DNA of 64,000 nucleotides from Eledone cirrhosa (lineage: Eukaryota). Position 1 is the stretch's first letter; each line of letters starts with the position of its first letter. A program made the translations under genes and the position numbers. The DNA is taken from the NCBI GenBank assembly GCA_964016885.1, contig OZ024745.1, forward strand, positions 117,428,001 through 117,492,000. The letters run 5' to 3'. This document shows, one piece after another, positions 1 through 13,620 of the stretch. The notes under the pieces were generated by a model that saw nothing but the letters and a program-made list of their open reading frames with translations, was not told the DNA's origin and made no database searches.

Positions 1-3000
1 CTACTATGGAGAATGTTTTATATTCAATGAATATTTGTGTTACTTTTCTAGAATTCCTTTTTAGCTGAGAACTTAAAAAAAGAAAGATAACAAATTAATT
101 TTGAATCATATCCAAAATACATTTTCTGCTGTCTATCATTTTATAGAAACTTTGATTCTATGTTGTGTATAACAATAATGGACAGTTGTTATGTGATGTA
201 AAGAAATAAATCTTATAACAGTTGTTATTTGCTTACATCATTTCTGCTAATAATATTCATCCATTCTTATTAAAAACAGTTTGTACATTATCTTGTCCTC
301 TCTGTGTTAAAGACTAACTAATAATTAAAAAAAAATAGCTTATCATGTTTGTCGAGCAATAGGAGTAATATTTTGACCAATAATTTAATATTTGTATTGA
401 AGAATCTGTTAAACTTTTTATTTACTTTATAGCCATCTTGTTTGACATCTAATGAAACAAACAGCAATTTATGTCTCAAGGTCTTAAGGAAAAAAGATGT
501 AAGTAAGAAATAACTTGCACACGAATTGAAGTATGCATTGAGTGCAATTTTGACCATATGTTATTGTAGCATGGCATATTGTAATGACCTGATTGTGAAA
601 TCACATCAGAGCTTTTCAAACTTGTGCAAAAGATTCCTTCATGTCTTTATATAGCAACTTACTTTTAAAGCATTATATGTATATATACATTTCATATATT
701 TGTAGTCAAACCTTCACCCATGCAAAGAAATATTATGTATATTATCACACTAAATTAGTACTCACCATCCTGCCTGCATCTTATTTTGTTATTTACGTGC
801 ACATTTTGTTGAAATAAACTAGTAATTATCTACATCATTATGTCATTTACATTATATTATAAGTACATACTTTACTCTTTATGTCCTATAAAAGCTGATA
901 TATATATAATGTGAAGAAATGGATATTACTGAAGTTTATACTGTACATGATTAAATGTAAAATGTTAGTATATTTAAAAAAATAATCATGGAAGTTAATT
1001 ACTTGGACACCATTGGCATGAAATGTAATAGTTTACTCAGTGTTAACACATTCAATGTGGCAAGCATAAAAAATCTAATCATAAATACTTATGCATTGGA
1101 AAAAATATAACACCTTAGTTGCCAAAATATTTTGTTTTTAAATATGCTTATTTTTTTCATACTTATTCATGTACAGTATCATATGCTGACTTAATACATC
1201 TCTCATGAATACTTCAGGAAGTATTAGTGAAGTTTAAAATTCGTTGAGGAGGATGTCTAATTATAGCAAAACATCTACCTTCACATACTGCAGCAATCAA
1301 AATAATGTTGGTCATTAAGTCCATGTCTTTTTCTCATCTTACCACACAAGTCTCTTTAAATATGTTTATGCTCACCACATTGAATATATTTGCACTAACT
1401 TAATCTATATACTATATTCTTTTCTTTAGATTTATAGCATTCTTTCATTTTATTTTTACAATTCTGTTGAATATTATAATATAAAGTTATATCTTCGATT
1501 TGCTTTATATACAAAATGTTCTATCAAAATATTTGCTGCAGTAAAAAATATCCATTTTGTAATACCACTCTCAGCTTTTATAAATTTTAGTAAATTTCCT
1601 GCCATATGTGCAGCCATCTGTTAGATACATGCATTCAAAGAATTTAGTTCAAGAATAACCAACATCAATATAGATATTACATTAGATCTTAACACAAAGA
1701 AATATTTCCCCTGTATGAAACCCACTGAGAAATTTGATATATTGATAAACCTTCCATATTGCCTATCATAGTCTTAAAAATCTCATAAATCACATTACTT
1801 GCTGCATCTCAAACATATCATTAGATGAAAGAATTTCTAAATGTGCAGTGCCATATTATAACACTTTGAAAGAGAGTGGTTTTCTTGAAAAAATACAGTA
1901 CATATCACTTCGTGTCAAAGTCATGCAGGCACAGCATTATCTGGTTTAGCCTCCTGTTAATGTAGAAGTAGCTTTTAGTATTTCCAAAGCATTTCTACAC
2001 ATGATACAGAGACACTTTGCTATTGGTCATAGTTGCCACAACATTTTTAACACAAGACTAAGATTTCAATAATCTGTAATGTCCATCCTTGTTTGTTTTG
2101 TTTCAATATCAACAAGATGACTTGTCTCCATCTACAGAATATTGCAAACAATTACATTTCCTTGGATTTTCTTTGGTTTTGGTTGTTTTCTTTTATTCAT
2201 TTTCACCTTAATTTCTTTTTCTAGTGTATTTACTTGATGTGACTTTGTACTAATTAAATTTTCCTCTTGCCTTCCTTCTCTTTCAACACATAACCTATTT
2301 GCATAAGATTTTATTCTACTCTCTATCAGACTATCACTGATATCACTCCCTTACAAACATGCAGTATCACTCTAGTGTCTCACACTCCTCCCTCACAAAC
2401 ACTATTTTGTTCCAATGTTTTTAAGTCATTTTTATTGTCTTGTACTTTCTCCCCATCACTAAATACATATTTTTGTTTGATGTCAAAACTTATGAGATTT
2501 ATGACACACTAATATATGATAAATTGTTGCATTTCTCACCATCTCTTCTTTCCTTTTCTATCTTTTCTCCTCCCACTGTTACACATTTCTTTTCTTTTTT
2601 ACTTCCATTCTTCTTATGGTCCTTGCCAGCTTTCTTTTCTTTACTCTCTCTTTTTCATTTTCTTCCTGTCACTTTGTTCTCATATATGTATAATGCTGTT
2701 GTTCAACCATCATGTTTATATATTCAAATTTTAGAATAGTAATTTTGAAAGTCGTGTTTTAACTAAAAGATTCTAGCTACTGACATTCATCTTTTTTTTT
2801 TAAATAATGATGTTTGAGTAAGTGGCAACATGAAATGTGTAGTAAGTATTTGTAAAAACCTTGGTACTTTTACTGTTATTGCCCTTGTGACCAATAGAAG
2901 AAATCATTATTATAATTAACTCTATGTATTGAGTACTTTTTCCTTATATATATATAAGCTTGTGGATACATGTTAATCAGCAAAACAACTTACAGGATCA

Positions 3001-3097
3001 CCATCATCATCATAATTTTGTGTCTACTTTCCATGCATGACCTGAGACTAAATGGGTTGGAGAACTACATTTGCTCATACAGTCATGTATTTTCCCT

Positions 3098-3500
3098 ACA
3101 AAGCTTTCAACAGAGTGCCCCGTAACATAATTTGGTGGGCTCTTAGAAAACTAGAAGTAGATGAGTGGCTTGTGAAGGCTGTACAAGCCATGTATAGAGG
3201 AGTAGTCAGCAAAGTCAAGATTAACAATGAGTATAACGAGGAATTTAGTGTACAAGTTGGCATCCACCAGGGCTTTGTCCTTAGCTTGCTCCTGTTTATT
3301 ATCATTTTGCAGGCTATAACGGAGGAGTTTAAGACCGGCTTCCCAGGAGAACTTCTGTAAGCGGATGATCTTACACACATAGCTGAATCTATGGTGGAAC
3401 TAGAGAAGAAATTCCAAACATAGAAGCAGGGACTAGAAAGAAGGGGTCTTAAAGTCAACCTGACAAAGACTAAGGTCCTAGTAAGTAGAAGGACAGACAC
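3098..3500 (+). mobile_element. RTE LINE fragment (RT domain, disrupted)
   Basis: Translation KAFNRVPR..VGIHQGFVLSLLLF..ELL*ADDL, with a stop at the YADD tyrosine; homologous to the RTE copies at 11109-11915, 21282-21990 and 38999-39379. Confidence 0.9.
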
Positions 3501-3649
3501 TGGTCTGTTGGAGACGCAGGACATGGCAGCGATAATGAGGGACAGAGACCGCTGAAGAGAACTCGTCCATGGATCTCGGGAATTTTGCCCGCCCTAGATA
3601 GATATAGATATATGTGTGTGTTTCTTACGTTGGTACCACAAAACATCCA

Positions 3650-3920
3650 GCCCACTCTGTAAGTGGTCGTGTAGGTGTCACGACAAAAAGCACCTAGCCC
3701 ACACTGTAAAGTCATCATGTAAAAGACAGTAAAAAGCACCCAGCACACACTGTAAATGTGGTTGGCGCTAGGAAGGGCATCCAGCTGTAGAAAACCAGCC
3801 AGAACTGTCATAAATGAGCGAGATACAGTCACCCGACCTAACTTACCTCTAAATGGGGCAAACCCGTCCTACCCATGCTACCGTGGAAGATGGACGTTAA
3901 ACGATGATGATGATGATGAT
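3650..3920 (+). mobile_element. Short non-autonomous RTE-tailed element with two 48-bp modules
   Basis: Two aaaaagcacc..cacactgtaaa modules, body ggttggcgctaggaagggcatccagctgtagaaa, tail catgc..tggacgttaaacgatgatgat resembling the RTE 3' ends in this window. Confidence 0.85.
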
Positions 3921-3974
3921 TCCATATTTTGGCATGGTTTTTATAGCAGGCCCTTCCTAATGGCAATAACTTAG

Positions 3975-4255
3975 CAGAGTGTTGCGTGCACATTTTGTTG
4001 TGGCACAAGCATTACCACTTTACAGAATGTTACAGGGTTCATTTTATCATGGCACCAGAACTACCATTTTACAGAGTGTATTGGGGAAATTTCATCATGG
4101 CACCAGCACTACCACTTTACTGAGTGTATTGGGTGCATTTTATCGTAGTACCAGCGCTACCACTTTACAAATGTATTGGGTGCATTTTATCGTGGTACCA
4201 GCACTACCACTTTACTGAGTGCATTGGGGGAATTTCATCATGGCACCAGCACTAG
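3975..4255 (-). repeat. Degenerate ~48-bp tandem array (about 6 units) in an older copy of the RTE-tailed element
   Basis: Repeated ccactttac(a/t)gagtgtattgggtgcattttatc..ggcaccagcacta, preceded by a decayed gcccttcctaa body motif. Confidence 0.75.
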
Positions 4256-4539
4256 AGAGGCTATTGTGTAGCCTGCAAGACTAAAGAGTTCTCTCTATTT
4301 TATATTGTTACCTTTTGATTTTCAACCATTATATAAAGTGTACTGGGTGTATTTTATCATGGTAACAACACTAGAGAGATTGTTGGGTTTTTGATATGAC
4401 CAAATGATCTCCTCTACTCTACATTGTCTCAGTTTGTTTGTCCACCCTTTAATGTAGTTTTCCAATCTTTCACCACATATATTTTTAGTATTGTAGTACT
4501 TGTGTTGATGGATGGGTCTTCTTTACTACAACAAATCAC

Positions 4540-4790
4540 CAGTCAACTTGATCACATGTCATCTCCTTTGTGACTTTCAGTTTCTTGAGGTCATTCTTTC
4601 CAACTTCATCCTATGTCTTCCTTGGTCTCCTTCTTTCTCAAGTTCCATTTATTTCAAGTGCTCAACTCTTTTTTTTATACAACTCCCACTCTCTTACACA
4701 TTACATATCCATACCAATGCAATCATCTCTCCTACACACTACATCTGATTCCTCTTAAACTCAGCTTAACTCTCACTTTACTTCTACTCC
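4540..4790 (-). mobile_element. Decayed RTE 3' fragment
   Basis: Minus strand reads LSLRGIRCSV*ER*LHWYGY, matching the C-terminus of the RTE at 10763-11053. Confidence 0.65.
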
Positions 4791-4804
4791 ATGCATACAC
4801 ACAC

Positions 4805-5130
4805 TTCTTTTCTCCTCCTCCTCCTTTGTCCACTTACTCCTAAGAGGGTCGTAGGGGACAGAGCCCTCAAACACTCCTTCCAGCAGTTCCTGTCAGAAGC
4901 AACTGTTTTCAACTCATCTGGCTGGATCTCCAAATGAAATCAGCCAAGCTCATAAATATTATCCAACTATCTTGCTCAGGGTCTACCCTTGTGTCTCTTG
5001 CTAGTTGGTTTTGCCTGTAAAATCTGTCCAGTGATTCTTTCCTGAGACATTCTAACAACATGCCCATAGTATCAGAGCTGTGATCTCTCACACACACTAA
5101 CATTACATATCCAGTGGAGTATGCATATTT
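4805..5130 (-). mobile_element. Expander/Rex3-type RTE 3' fragment
   Basis: Aligns by eye to 34470-34740 and to the reverse complement of 22520-22795. Confidence 0.75.
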
Positions 5131-5479
5131 CATTCTTTTGCAGCCATTGCAAATTTTCTGAACTTATGGTAGATGTAATCTGCTGCCTTGTTTAACACTA
5201 CCACCTGCCCTTTGGGTGTCTTCAGTTTAAGCCACTCTGTTAAAAGCATTTGAGCCAAATCTCTTGTTTCAAGATACTGTCCTCTTTCTTTCCCTCCAGT
5301 TTCTGAGGCCCTGAATATAGTCATGGCCACTCTCTGTCCCTACCTGATTAAACAATTTATTCATCAAGCCCTATTTTTAAAAACACATCTAAAACAAAAC
5401 AACAAATACAAAAGGCAGTAATGAGGCTCGTGGTAATAACAACAATAACATTCAGGATGCCAAACACTCTTAATCAAGA

Positions 5480-6430
5480 AGGCTTTGGACTCTTTTTGTC
5501 CTAATTATTGGAAGTGCTTCATCTACTTCGCTCCAATTGCCCTCATTATAGTGCCAGTAGAGGTAGCTTGTCACCAATTGCCCTCATTATAGTGCCAGTA
5601 GAGGTAGCTTGTCACCAATTGCCCTCATTATAGTGCCAGTAGAGGTAGCTTGTCATTAACAATGTTAACCATAAACAATCTATTGGTCTTTGAACAGACA
5701 TACATCTCAAAACTATCCAACTAATATATCTGTTGTCAAAGTATGTGCCCACTGTCCTGCATCACTGATACTGATTCAAAGCATATATGCCACTGTCAAA
5801 AACAAAACTCATTGAAGATGATGTCTCAGCTGTGGTCAGAATGATTGCTTTGTATATTACCATTCTTCACTACACTAAGGAAGTTTCAACTGTTCTCCAG
5901 CTTCAACATCACAAACCGCAACCTGGTTTCAGACCCATACCTCTCCTAAATCCCTATTCTTTGTATATAGTCTCTGAGGAAAATATTATATCTGCAATGA
6001 GATTCTTCCCCACATGCATTCAACTTTCTCATTGCAAAGACTTAGTGTCTTTCTATACTGCAGAAATATGTCATTGCTTGCTGTGTGTGTTTGGGGTTCT
6101 CACCAACAAACCCATCCATTACATCCTGGACCTCCAAGCTTGCAACCTATTCTGCTCATAGAAAGGCTGGTGGCTGTAGGCAGTGCTTTCAGAAAGACAG
6201 CTGTGAAGATTGTGTCATCTGTGAAACTGAGGATCAGTGTAGAAGGTGGGTGTGACTGTGCCATCCATGCCACAAGATAATTTGTTGATTGTTCCCATTA
6301 GACATACTCAACAAACACCCAACATATTATTGTGAAGCTTGATCTGAAGAATGCCTTCAAATGTCTGTATGACATTACTTGATGGAAGTTTCAGTTAAAC
6401 CCTGTCAGTCTATCCATTGGTTTACTTGTC
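5480..6430 (+). mobile_element. Decayed CRE-clade non-LTR retrotransposon (pre-RT and RT region)
   Basis: Frames give KLIEDDVSAVVRM, HCKDLVS, RLVAVGSAFRKTAVKIV, ISVEGGCDCAIHATR and IVKLDLKNAF, in the order of the CRE motifs RPIAVGxxLRR / GVxGGCEAAVHAxR / KLDFxNAFN. Confidence 0.75.
5533..5655. repeat. Perfect 41-bp tandem triplication
   Basis: ccaattgccctcattatagtgccagtagaggtagcttgtca starts at 5533, 5574 and 5615. Confidence 0.97.
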
Positions 6431-6439
6431 ATACAGGTT

Positions 6440-7020
6440 AACAACTATACATCTTGTTACATAGTGGGCCTTGCTTGAGGTGATGGTATGTAGTTCATTG
6501 ATGTATAGGCAGAAATATATAGGGGACAAAACCAAACTGTGGAGGACACCAGGTTTGATAGAGTGCAGCTCAAAGAGAGAAATAGAGAGAGAATTACATC
6601 AGTATGCACTACAATAGTGCAATTTGACATGATGCCACCAATCCAAGAGATGAAACACGATTGAGTCCGTAGGGAGACAAATTTGCAAGGAGATTTGTGT
6701 GTTAGACACAGTCAAATGCTTTGTTTATTTAAAGACATCGAGACTATTTTCACCAAATTTCTAAATGAGTACATTAAATCTGACTTTGAGAAAGCTGTAA
6801 GGTGGGAGAGAATCTAGATGGTGGTAAAGGTTATTGTTAATGACTTTCTCCATCACTATTGAGATGCTAGAAGTGTGATAAGACAACATTTGGTAGTGTG
6901 AGAGGAGTTGCTATTCCTAGGAATGGGACACATTGTAGCCTGTTATCAAAGATCCTGATATATTGGTCAAAGAAGTTGAAGAATTTGATGGAAATAGGGA
7001 CTATCTATCCACAGTGCGTC
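6440..7020 (-). mobile_element. Decayed LINE RT fragment (CR1/Jockey-like)
   Basis: Minus strand gives TKAFDCV*HTNLLANL and GVLHSLVLSPIYFCLYINEL (degenerate GVPQGSVLxP..YINDL). Confidence 0.65.
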
Positions 7021-7534
7021 CATAACTTCAGGAAGTTATCAGGGAAAGACAAAGAGACGATAGTGAAGAGGAAGAAAAAAACAAGGAAAAAAACCCAGAA
7101 AACATACCGATAGAGAAGGGGAAAGACGAAGCAGTAGCACATGTATGTAGCAGTAACCAAGTGGAGAGAGAAGAAGAAGTTAAGGTAGCTGGGTGTAAAC
7201 CCTGAGACCTTATTAACAGCAAATATATATATATATATACATACCCAGACCCGCACACAAGCATATATACACACGTATACATATAGATATATACACACAT
7301 GTTTAGATATGTGTGTATTATGTATGTATGTGCATATGTTTCACTAATATATACCACTAAAAGATATAGATGGTAGCAAGAAAACTAAAAACTAGTTGTC
7401 TTTCAAACACTAACTTGTTACTGTTGCCATCATAAAAGCAACGAACTAGGTGACTGGCCCACTGAAAACCAGTAACTAACAATGTTATTGATCACCAATT
7501 GCTATATAAAATAAATTATACCATTTTACTGATT

Positions 7535-7795
7535 GATAGTGTGTTCTTGAGTAAGATGCCTTATTTCATGTTGCTCCAGTTTACTCAGCTATAGAAATGA
7601 GTTGTGACGTCACTGGTGTCAAGCTGTATCGACCATTGCCTTTCCCTTGGACAACATCAGTGGCATGGAGAGATTGGTATGCATGGGTGACTGCTGATCT
7701 TCCACAAGCAAACTTGCCCGAACTTGTGCCTTGGAGGGGAACTTTCTAGATGCAAATCCCATGGTCATTTGTGACCGAAGGGTGTCTTTACCCCA
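7535..7795 (+). mobile_element. SINE body fragment
   Basis: cttgagtaagatgccttatttcatgttgctc motif, related to the tRNA-headed copy at 52370-52475. Confidence 0.5.
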
Positions 7796-9346
7796 CTTTT
7801 ACTATCAAGTTAGAAAATATTTTCTTCAATTATTTTAACTGTCCAACTCTGTTGAATCTCTGCATGTATAAGTAAATATATGGATGTAAATAATCTTTAA
7901 AATAATATGTAACATTGCATGGAACTGTAAAGTTTTCATTACACAACTATTTCTCATTTTCTTCATCATTATAAACATATAAAAAAAATTAAAACAAAAC
8001 AAGAAAAAAAAAGCATCTCCCAGAACAGAATAAATATGTTCTTTGGTATATACAGATATTTTATTAGCTAGTGTTTTTGTTATTGTTGTTGTTGTTTCTT
8101 GTCCCCTCGAATATTTAAGATCCAAGAGTATATATGCTTTTCCCTCCATATATATATATATATATAGAGTAACTCCAACAGGCTATAGATAGATGAAGAG
8201 GTTAATTGTTATTACTTTGAGATATACTTCTCTTATTTTAGACAAGTAACTGCTGATATTTGGATTGTAAGCTGTCAGCCAAGCAACTGTTGATATGCTT
8301 GCCAGTAGGAAAGAAAGTAGCCTACTAGAGGAAGTAGAAACATTTTGTTTATGTTTATGTAGTTTATTGGATTTCAGACAAAACTGCTTTGAGTATTTTG
8401 AAGTTTATTTGTTAAAATACGTAAGCGAAAAAGAAAATTACACTTGAAACTCACAAACAGAGAAAAACAAAAATCCTTTAGAACTCACTATGTATGACTA
8501 GTTATGGAAAAACATGAAGGATATTAGTAGAAATATATATATATATATATATATAAACGTTATAAAAATGGAAATAAACCAATAAAAATGAAAGAAACTA
8601 AGAAATAGGATTATTCATTCTTCTGCAACTATTTGAACTTTTATTGGTGAGCACATTTTTTTGGAAACTATCAAATCATTGTTTGTAATACAAAAATTAA
8701 TTATTCTGTGTATATGTGTGACCATGTATGTATATTTAATTAAAATATAAACAGAATGTTATAATTTTTGTGTAAAATCTTATTAGATTTTACAAAATAA
8801 ACTTGCTTTGTAAATGTAACTCTAGACAAGAAACTATTTGAAGAATTCATTATATAGATGTTTTCATTTATATTCAAATTTTTTCAAAAATATTTACATT
8901 TAGATAGCAATAGTGAGTATGATGTTGATGAGGATGGTGAGAAAGAAAATGATGGTGTTGGCATTAGCAACAGTGATGATTTCTTCAAACTGATGACTTA
9001 AGAGTTACAGGAGAGAAGGAATAGGAAGGTACTGTATTTATGTATTTCCAGAGTTTGTGTGTCAGCAAAGCGTTATCAAAGGGAATGGGAGGGGGTTAAG
9101 CAAAGCAAAATTAATTTATTTTATTTACATTTAGTACAGTAAAAGCTACTTATTATGATCATTTTCAGCCAGAACCTTTCTGAGAACAGAAAGCAAACAG
9201 AACTTGAGGCCCATTAACCCTGTTAACAATAACTGGTTGATAAAATTATCTGTAATTATAATAAATCGTTTAAACTGTATCAACCCTTTAAATACACTGC
9301 TGTTTATTTTAAATCTAAAAACCTTCCTAGACACATTTTTTGTAAA

Positions 9347-9448
9347 GCAAAGTTAACCTCGGCGGGATTTGAACTCGGACCGTAAAGGGCCGTAAATCTA
9401 TGCTGCAAAGCATGGTGTCTGACTCTCTACCGATACTGCCAATTCACC
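9347..9448 (-). mobile_element. tRNA-related SINE, 5' part (family also at 14112, 23405, 48780, 51157, 62873)
   Basis: A-box-like tggcagtatcggtag and B-box-like gagttcaaatccc; near-identical to 51160-51260. Confidence 0.85.
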
Positions 9449-10063
9449 AATTACTTATATGACTAAACCACTCTAAACTTTTGACTATTTTCAAGATTGC
9501 TTGAAATTATAGGCCGTGTTTTTCATTTGAAATACGGTAATGAAAGATAAAATATTTTTTGTTATATAAATAGTTTTAACAATCCTTTATTATTTGACTG
9601 TCAAATTGTTTTGTACACTTAGCTCTAGCTCCTTAAGATATGTGTTGTGTATGAAAGTTGAAACTAGTGTTTCAAACAAGATCCAACTTTAATGGAACAG
9701 ATTTAATCTTACTTGTGTTCTACAAAATTCAAATTACTAATTTTGTACCTCATTACTTACGCCAATAAAATATTTAGTTTTAAAATGTACAATCAAAATA
9801 TAACATCCCAACTACTTAGATAAAATAGTCATTAATCCTTCCAATAACATATTTTCAAATAATTCTTTAAATAATCAAGAATTTGGAGGGATTTAGTAAC
9901 ATAACTAACTTTCTCATTATTAAGTAGGTTTTTGGAACATAACATAATGAAGATTCTGGCATAAAATTATGAAGGAATTTTTTCAATAAATATAAAACTT
10001 CAAAACAAACAGTTTTTTAACACAAACTTAGGGATAGTTTCAAGTGGCTTGGTATCAAAGGGG

Positions 10064-10279
10064 TTAACCCTTTTGCATTTAAACCAGCTGTATCTGGCCA
10101 GAATTCTCTCATCTCTTTCTGTTCAAATTGGCCGTAACTGGCCTCTCATACTGATGTTAAGGTATTGTTCTCAAAATGAATAATATCAAAATCTCATAGA
10201 TTTGATATTATGCAAGGGAAAGCCTTTACCGTGAAAATATAATAGTAAATATAGAGTAATGTAAATGCTAAAGGGTTAA
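10064..10279. mobile_element. piggyBac-type MITE, family A (about 210 bp)
   Basis: TTAA|ccctt(t)gcattta ... taaatgctaaaggg|TTAA; further copies at 15016, 17905, 24910, 25908 and 47401. Confidence 0.9.
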
Positions 10280-10344
10280 GAGACAAGGAGACCTAAAAAT
10301 CAATTCACTAGTGCTGTGCAGAATAAAAATATACACCAATAGAT

Positions 10345-10505
10345 GTAGGCATGGCTATGTGGTTACAGAGTTCTCTTTGTTACTATGAGGTTTCAGTTTC
10401 GGGTTCACACCCATTGCATGGCAGCTTTGACAACTGTCCTCTACTACACCATCAGTTAAATTAATGCCTTGTAAGTGAAATTTGGTAAATAGAAACTATT
10501 GAAGT
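10345..10505 (+). mobile_element. tRNA-derived CORE-like SINE (also 15655-15825, 16415-16575)
   Basis: ggcatggctatgtggtt head, gggttca B-box, shared body ..ttgtaagtgaaatttggt..agaaact in several copies. Confidence 0.65.
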
Positions 10506-10529
10506 ATGTATGTATAGAGAGGTGATAGA

Positions 10530-13500
10530 TCATCATCATCATCATCATCATCATCATTTTACGTCCGCTTTTCCCTGCTTGCAAGGGTTGGACAGGTCCT
10601 ATTCAGCACAGCATCTCTCCACATGTCACGGTCCTTCATCTCCTCGGTGAGTTTCAGCGATCTGAGGTCTGCTTTCACCATCTCCACCCATGTTTTTCAT
10701 GGTCTACCTCTACCTCTACTGAGTCTTCCCTCCACTGGGACTTCCTGGCACTTCTTCACCCATCAGTCATCCTCCATGCGCATCACATGTCCATACCATC
10801 TCAGCCTTCTCTCCTGCACACCACAACTTATCCTTCTTATACCCAGTTTCTTTCTCAACTCGTCTATGCTTGGTCGTTCATGCACATTGACATTGCACAT
10901 CCAACGGAGCATACTTGCTTCATTTCTCTCCAGCCATCTCATATCTTCTGCAGTTACTGCCCATGTCTCATTACCATGCAACATCGCGCATCTCACACAG
11001 GCATCATATAACTGTCCTTTCGTACGCAGGGAGAAACCCATCTTTGTCAACATAGGAAGCAGATCCCTAAACTTCTTCCAACCCGTCCTTATTCTAGATA
11101 TCTAGATACTATGGCCTCGGAACAGCCCCTCCAATGCTAATCTGATCACTTAGGTACCAGAAGCTATCAACCACTTCTATAGAACCCACCTGTATTGGAA
11201 AAATGAGTTTACCACAGCGATTACTACTGCCAACTTTCCCTGTACATCTACCGCATACGTAGTTTTCCCTACCTGTTAGTTTGCCTGCTATCCCACTACA
11301 TCTCTTGTGTACCCATTGTGTACATTTTATGGAATTTATGCCAGTTCCTTTCCTACATATCGAACATGGCCATTTCCCTGATGGAATCAGAGTATTGTCC
11401 TCTCTTCTACTTATCAACACTTTTGTTTTAGCTATGTTCACTCTCAGGCCTCTTGATTCCAACTGCTGTTTCCATAGCCATAATTTATTCTCTAACTCCT
11501 CTACTGATTCTGCTATAAGAACCAGATCATCAGCATAGAGAAGTTCCCATGGGCATCCAGTCTTAAACTCCCCTGTTATGGCTTGGAGGACTATAATGAA
11601 CAAGAGTGGGCTGAGGACAGAACCTTGATGTACACCTACTTGTATCTGGAATTCCTCACTAAACACCATTCCTATTCTCACTTTACTGACAGCACCCCTG
11701 TACATAGCTTGCACTGTCCTCACAAGCCATTCCTCTACACCTGGTTTCCTTAGGGACAACCAGATGACAGATCGGGGTACCCTATCAAAGGCCTTCTCTA
11801 GGTCAACAAAAGCTAAGTATAGTGGCTTATTCTTCTCTAAGAACCTATCTTGTAGTTGCCTGACTATGAAGAGGGCATCTGTTGTACTTTTCCGAGGCAC
11901 AAAACCAAACTGCATCTCATCTAAATTGACCCTTTCTCTAATCAGTTGCGCTAATATAACTATCTGCCACTTTCATAACCTGATCCATCAGCTTTATGCC
12001 CCTATAATTGCTCCTCTCTAGAGCATCCCTTTTACCTTTGTAACAATTTATGAGAATACTGCTGCACCAGTCTTTGGGTATGACACCACCAAATATAGCT
12101 TGATTAATGATGCATGCAACTAGTTTAGTGCCTACTTCTGAAGCCTTCAGCATCTCAGCAACTATCCCCAACGGCCTAGCAGCCTTACCATTCTTCATTT
12201 CCTTAATTGACTCTTGTACCCTATATTCGTCAATCTCAATAGCTGGTCCCTCTGTCGGGTCTACTGGGGGGTGATTTCTCTCTGTCCCATTCATTCTCCA
12301 CATTCATCAGTCTCTCATAATGACATTTCCAGGCCTCCTTGCTTTTATCATTCGTGACACTAAGTACACCGGCATCATTCCAGACACACTTATCTCCAAC
12401 AACATCGCACATTGAACATTGGCAAACCTCCTACTCTCAGCCTCCCTGCGTGCTAAGTACACCTGACATCTAGCTTCTCTCTTAGCGGCTGTGTATCCAT
12501 CTCTATTCCCACCATTTTTCCAAGCTTTCCATGCCAGTCTTTTGTCTCTAATGGCCCTATCTACCGTGCTGTTCCACCACCAGGTCACTCTGTCTGGTTG
12601 AAGCTCTGCCCCAACCACAAGTTTCTTCAGTAGCCTGCAGTAAGTTGTCACGCAAGAAATTCCAGTTATCATCTATGTCATACAACTCTAAATCGTCTTC
12701 CTTTTTGTTGTGCGCATCTTGAAGGGCTTTGCTAAATTTATATTTTAATGAAAGGTCTTTTAGCTTCCAGACCTTTCTTTTCCACACCTTCCTGTATGTC
12801 TCATTCTTTCTCTTGTTTACTGAGATGTCACTAACGACTAACCTATTCTGTGGGGTACATTCTTCCCCAGCGTAAGCCTTAGTATTTGACACCATTCGTC
12901 TGGCTTGCTGTCTAACTAGCAGGAAGTCAATCTGGCTTATGTGCTCGCCTGATTTGTAGGTTATTAGGTGGTTGGTAGGCTTCTGGAAGTTAGTGTTGCA
13001 AATGGTTAGTTAGTGCATTTGCATCACAAAATTCAAGAAGCCTCACTCCTTCATTTCTTGTGCCGTAACCGTGCCCACCATGTACCCCAGTGTATCCATC
13101 CTGGAGCTGTCCAACATGTCTATTGAAGTCCCCTGCTAGCATAACGATGTCTCTGTCCTCTGTCATTGCGGTTGTCTGTAAAAGTTGCTCGTAAAAGCAG
13201 TCTTTCTCTTCTTTACCTAGGCCTGTCTGGGGAGCATAGGGAGAGATGATTGTCAGTAGTCTCTTTTCTACAACTAACCTAAGCTTAATTATTCTATCAC
13301 TAACTCTAACTACCTCTATTGTCTTATTGATCCATCTCTCAGCCAGTAATATGCCCACCCCACCTAACCCATCATTACCCACCCAGAAAAGCTTATAACT
13401 AAGATGTTTGCCTGCGATTAGTCTTGCAGAGGCACCTCTCCATTGCACCTCTTGCATACAGCACACATCCACATGCTTTCTCTCCAGCATCTCTGCAATC

Positions 13501-13620
13501 TCACCAGAGGACTTCTCTAACCCGCACCAATTTATTCGGAGTTGCCTACATTGTGGCTTATGGAGCCTCCGTCCGCCTCTTGTCTGTTCTATGATATATT
13601 CACGAGGGAGTGGTTAGCAT
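10530..13620 (-). mobile_element. Near full-length RTE LINE, inactivated
   Basis: Ordered ORF pieces: APE endonuclease (VDVCCMQE, AGDFN; 12990-13490), linker, RT (DLEKAFDRVP, GVHQGSVLSP, YADD; 11109-11915) with a Cys-rich insert (CSIC..WVHKRC..CGRC), C-terminal RRLRWYGHV and a (GAT)n tail; multiple frameshifts. Confidence 0.96.

Noticed and set aside
8903-9002. Acidic frame SNSEYDVDEDGEKENDG.. as a possible exon or micro-exon
   Set aside because: Weak acceptor, low complexity and an early stop; no independent support.
10623-12021. Plus-strand ORFs opposite the RTE (also opposite the CR1 at 55574-56185)
   Set aside because: Antisense shadows of LINE coding sequence.
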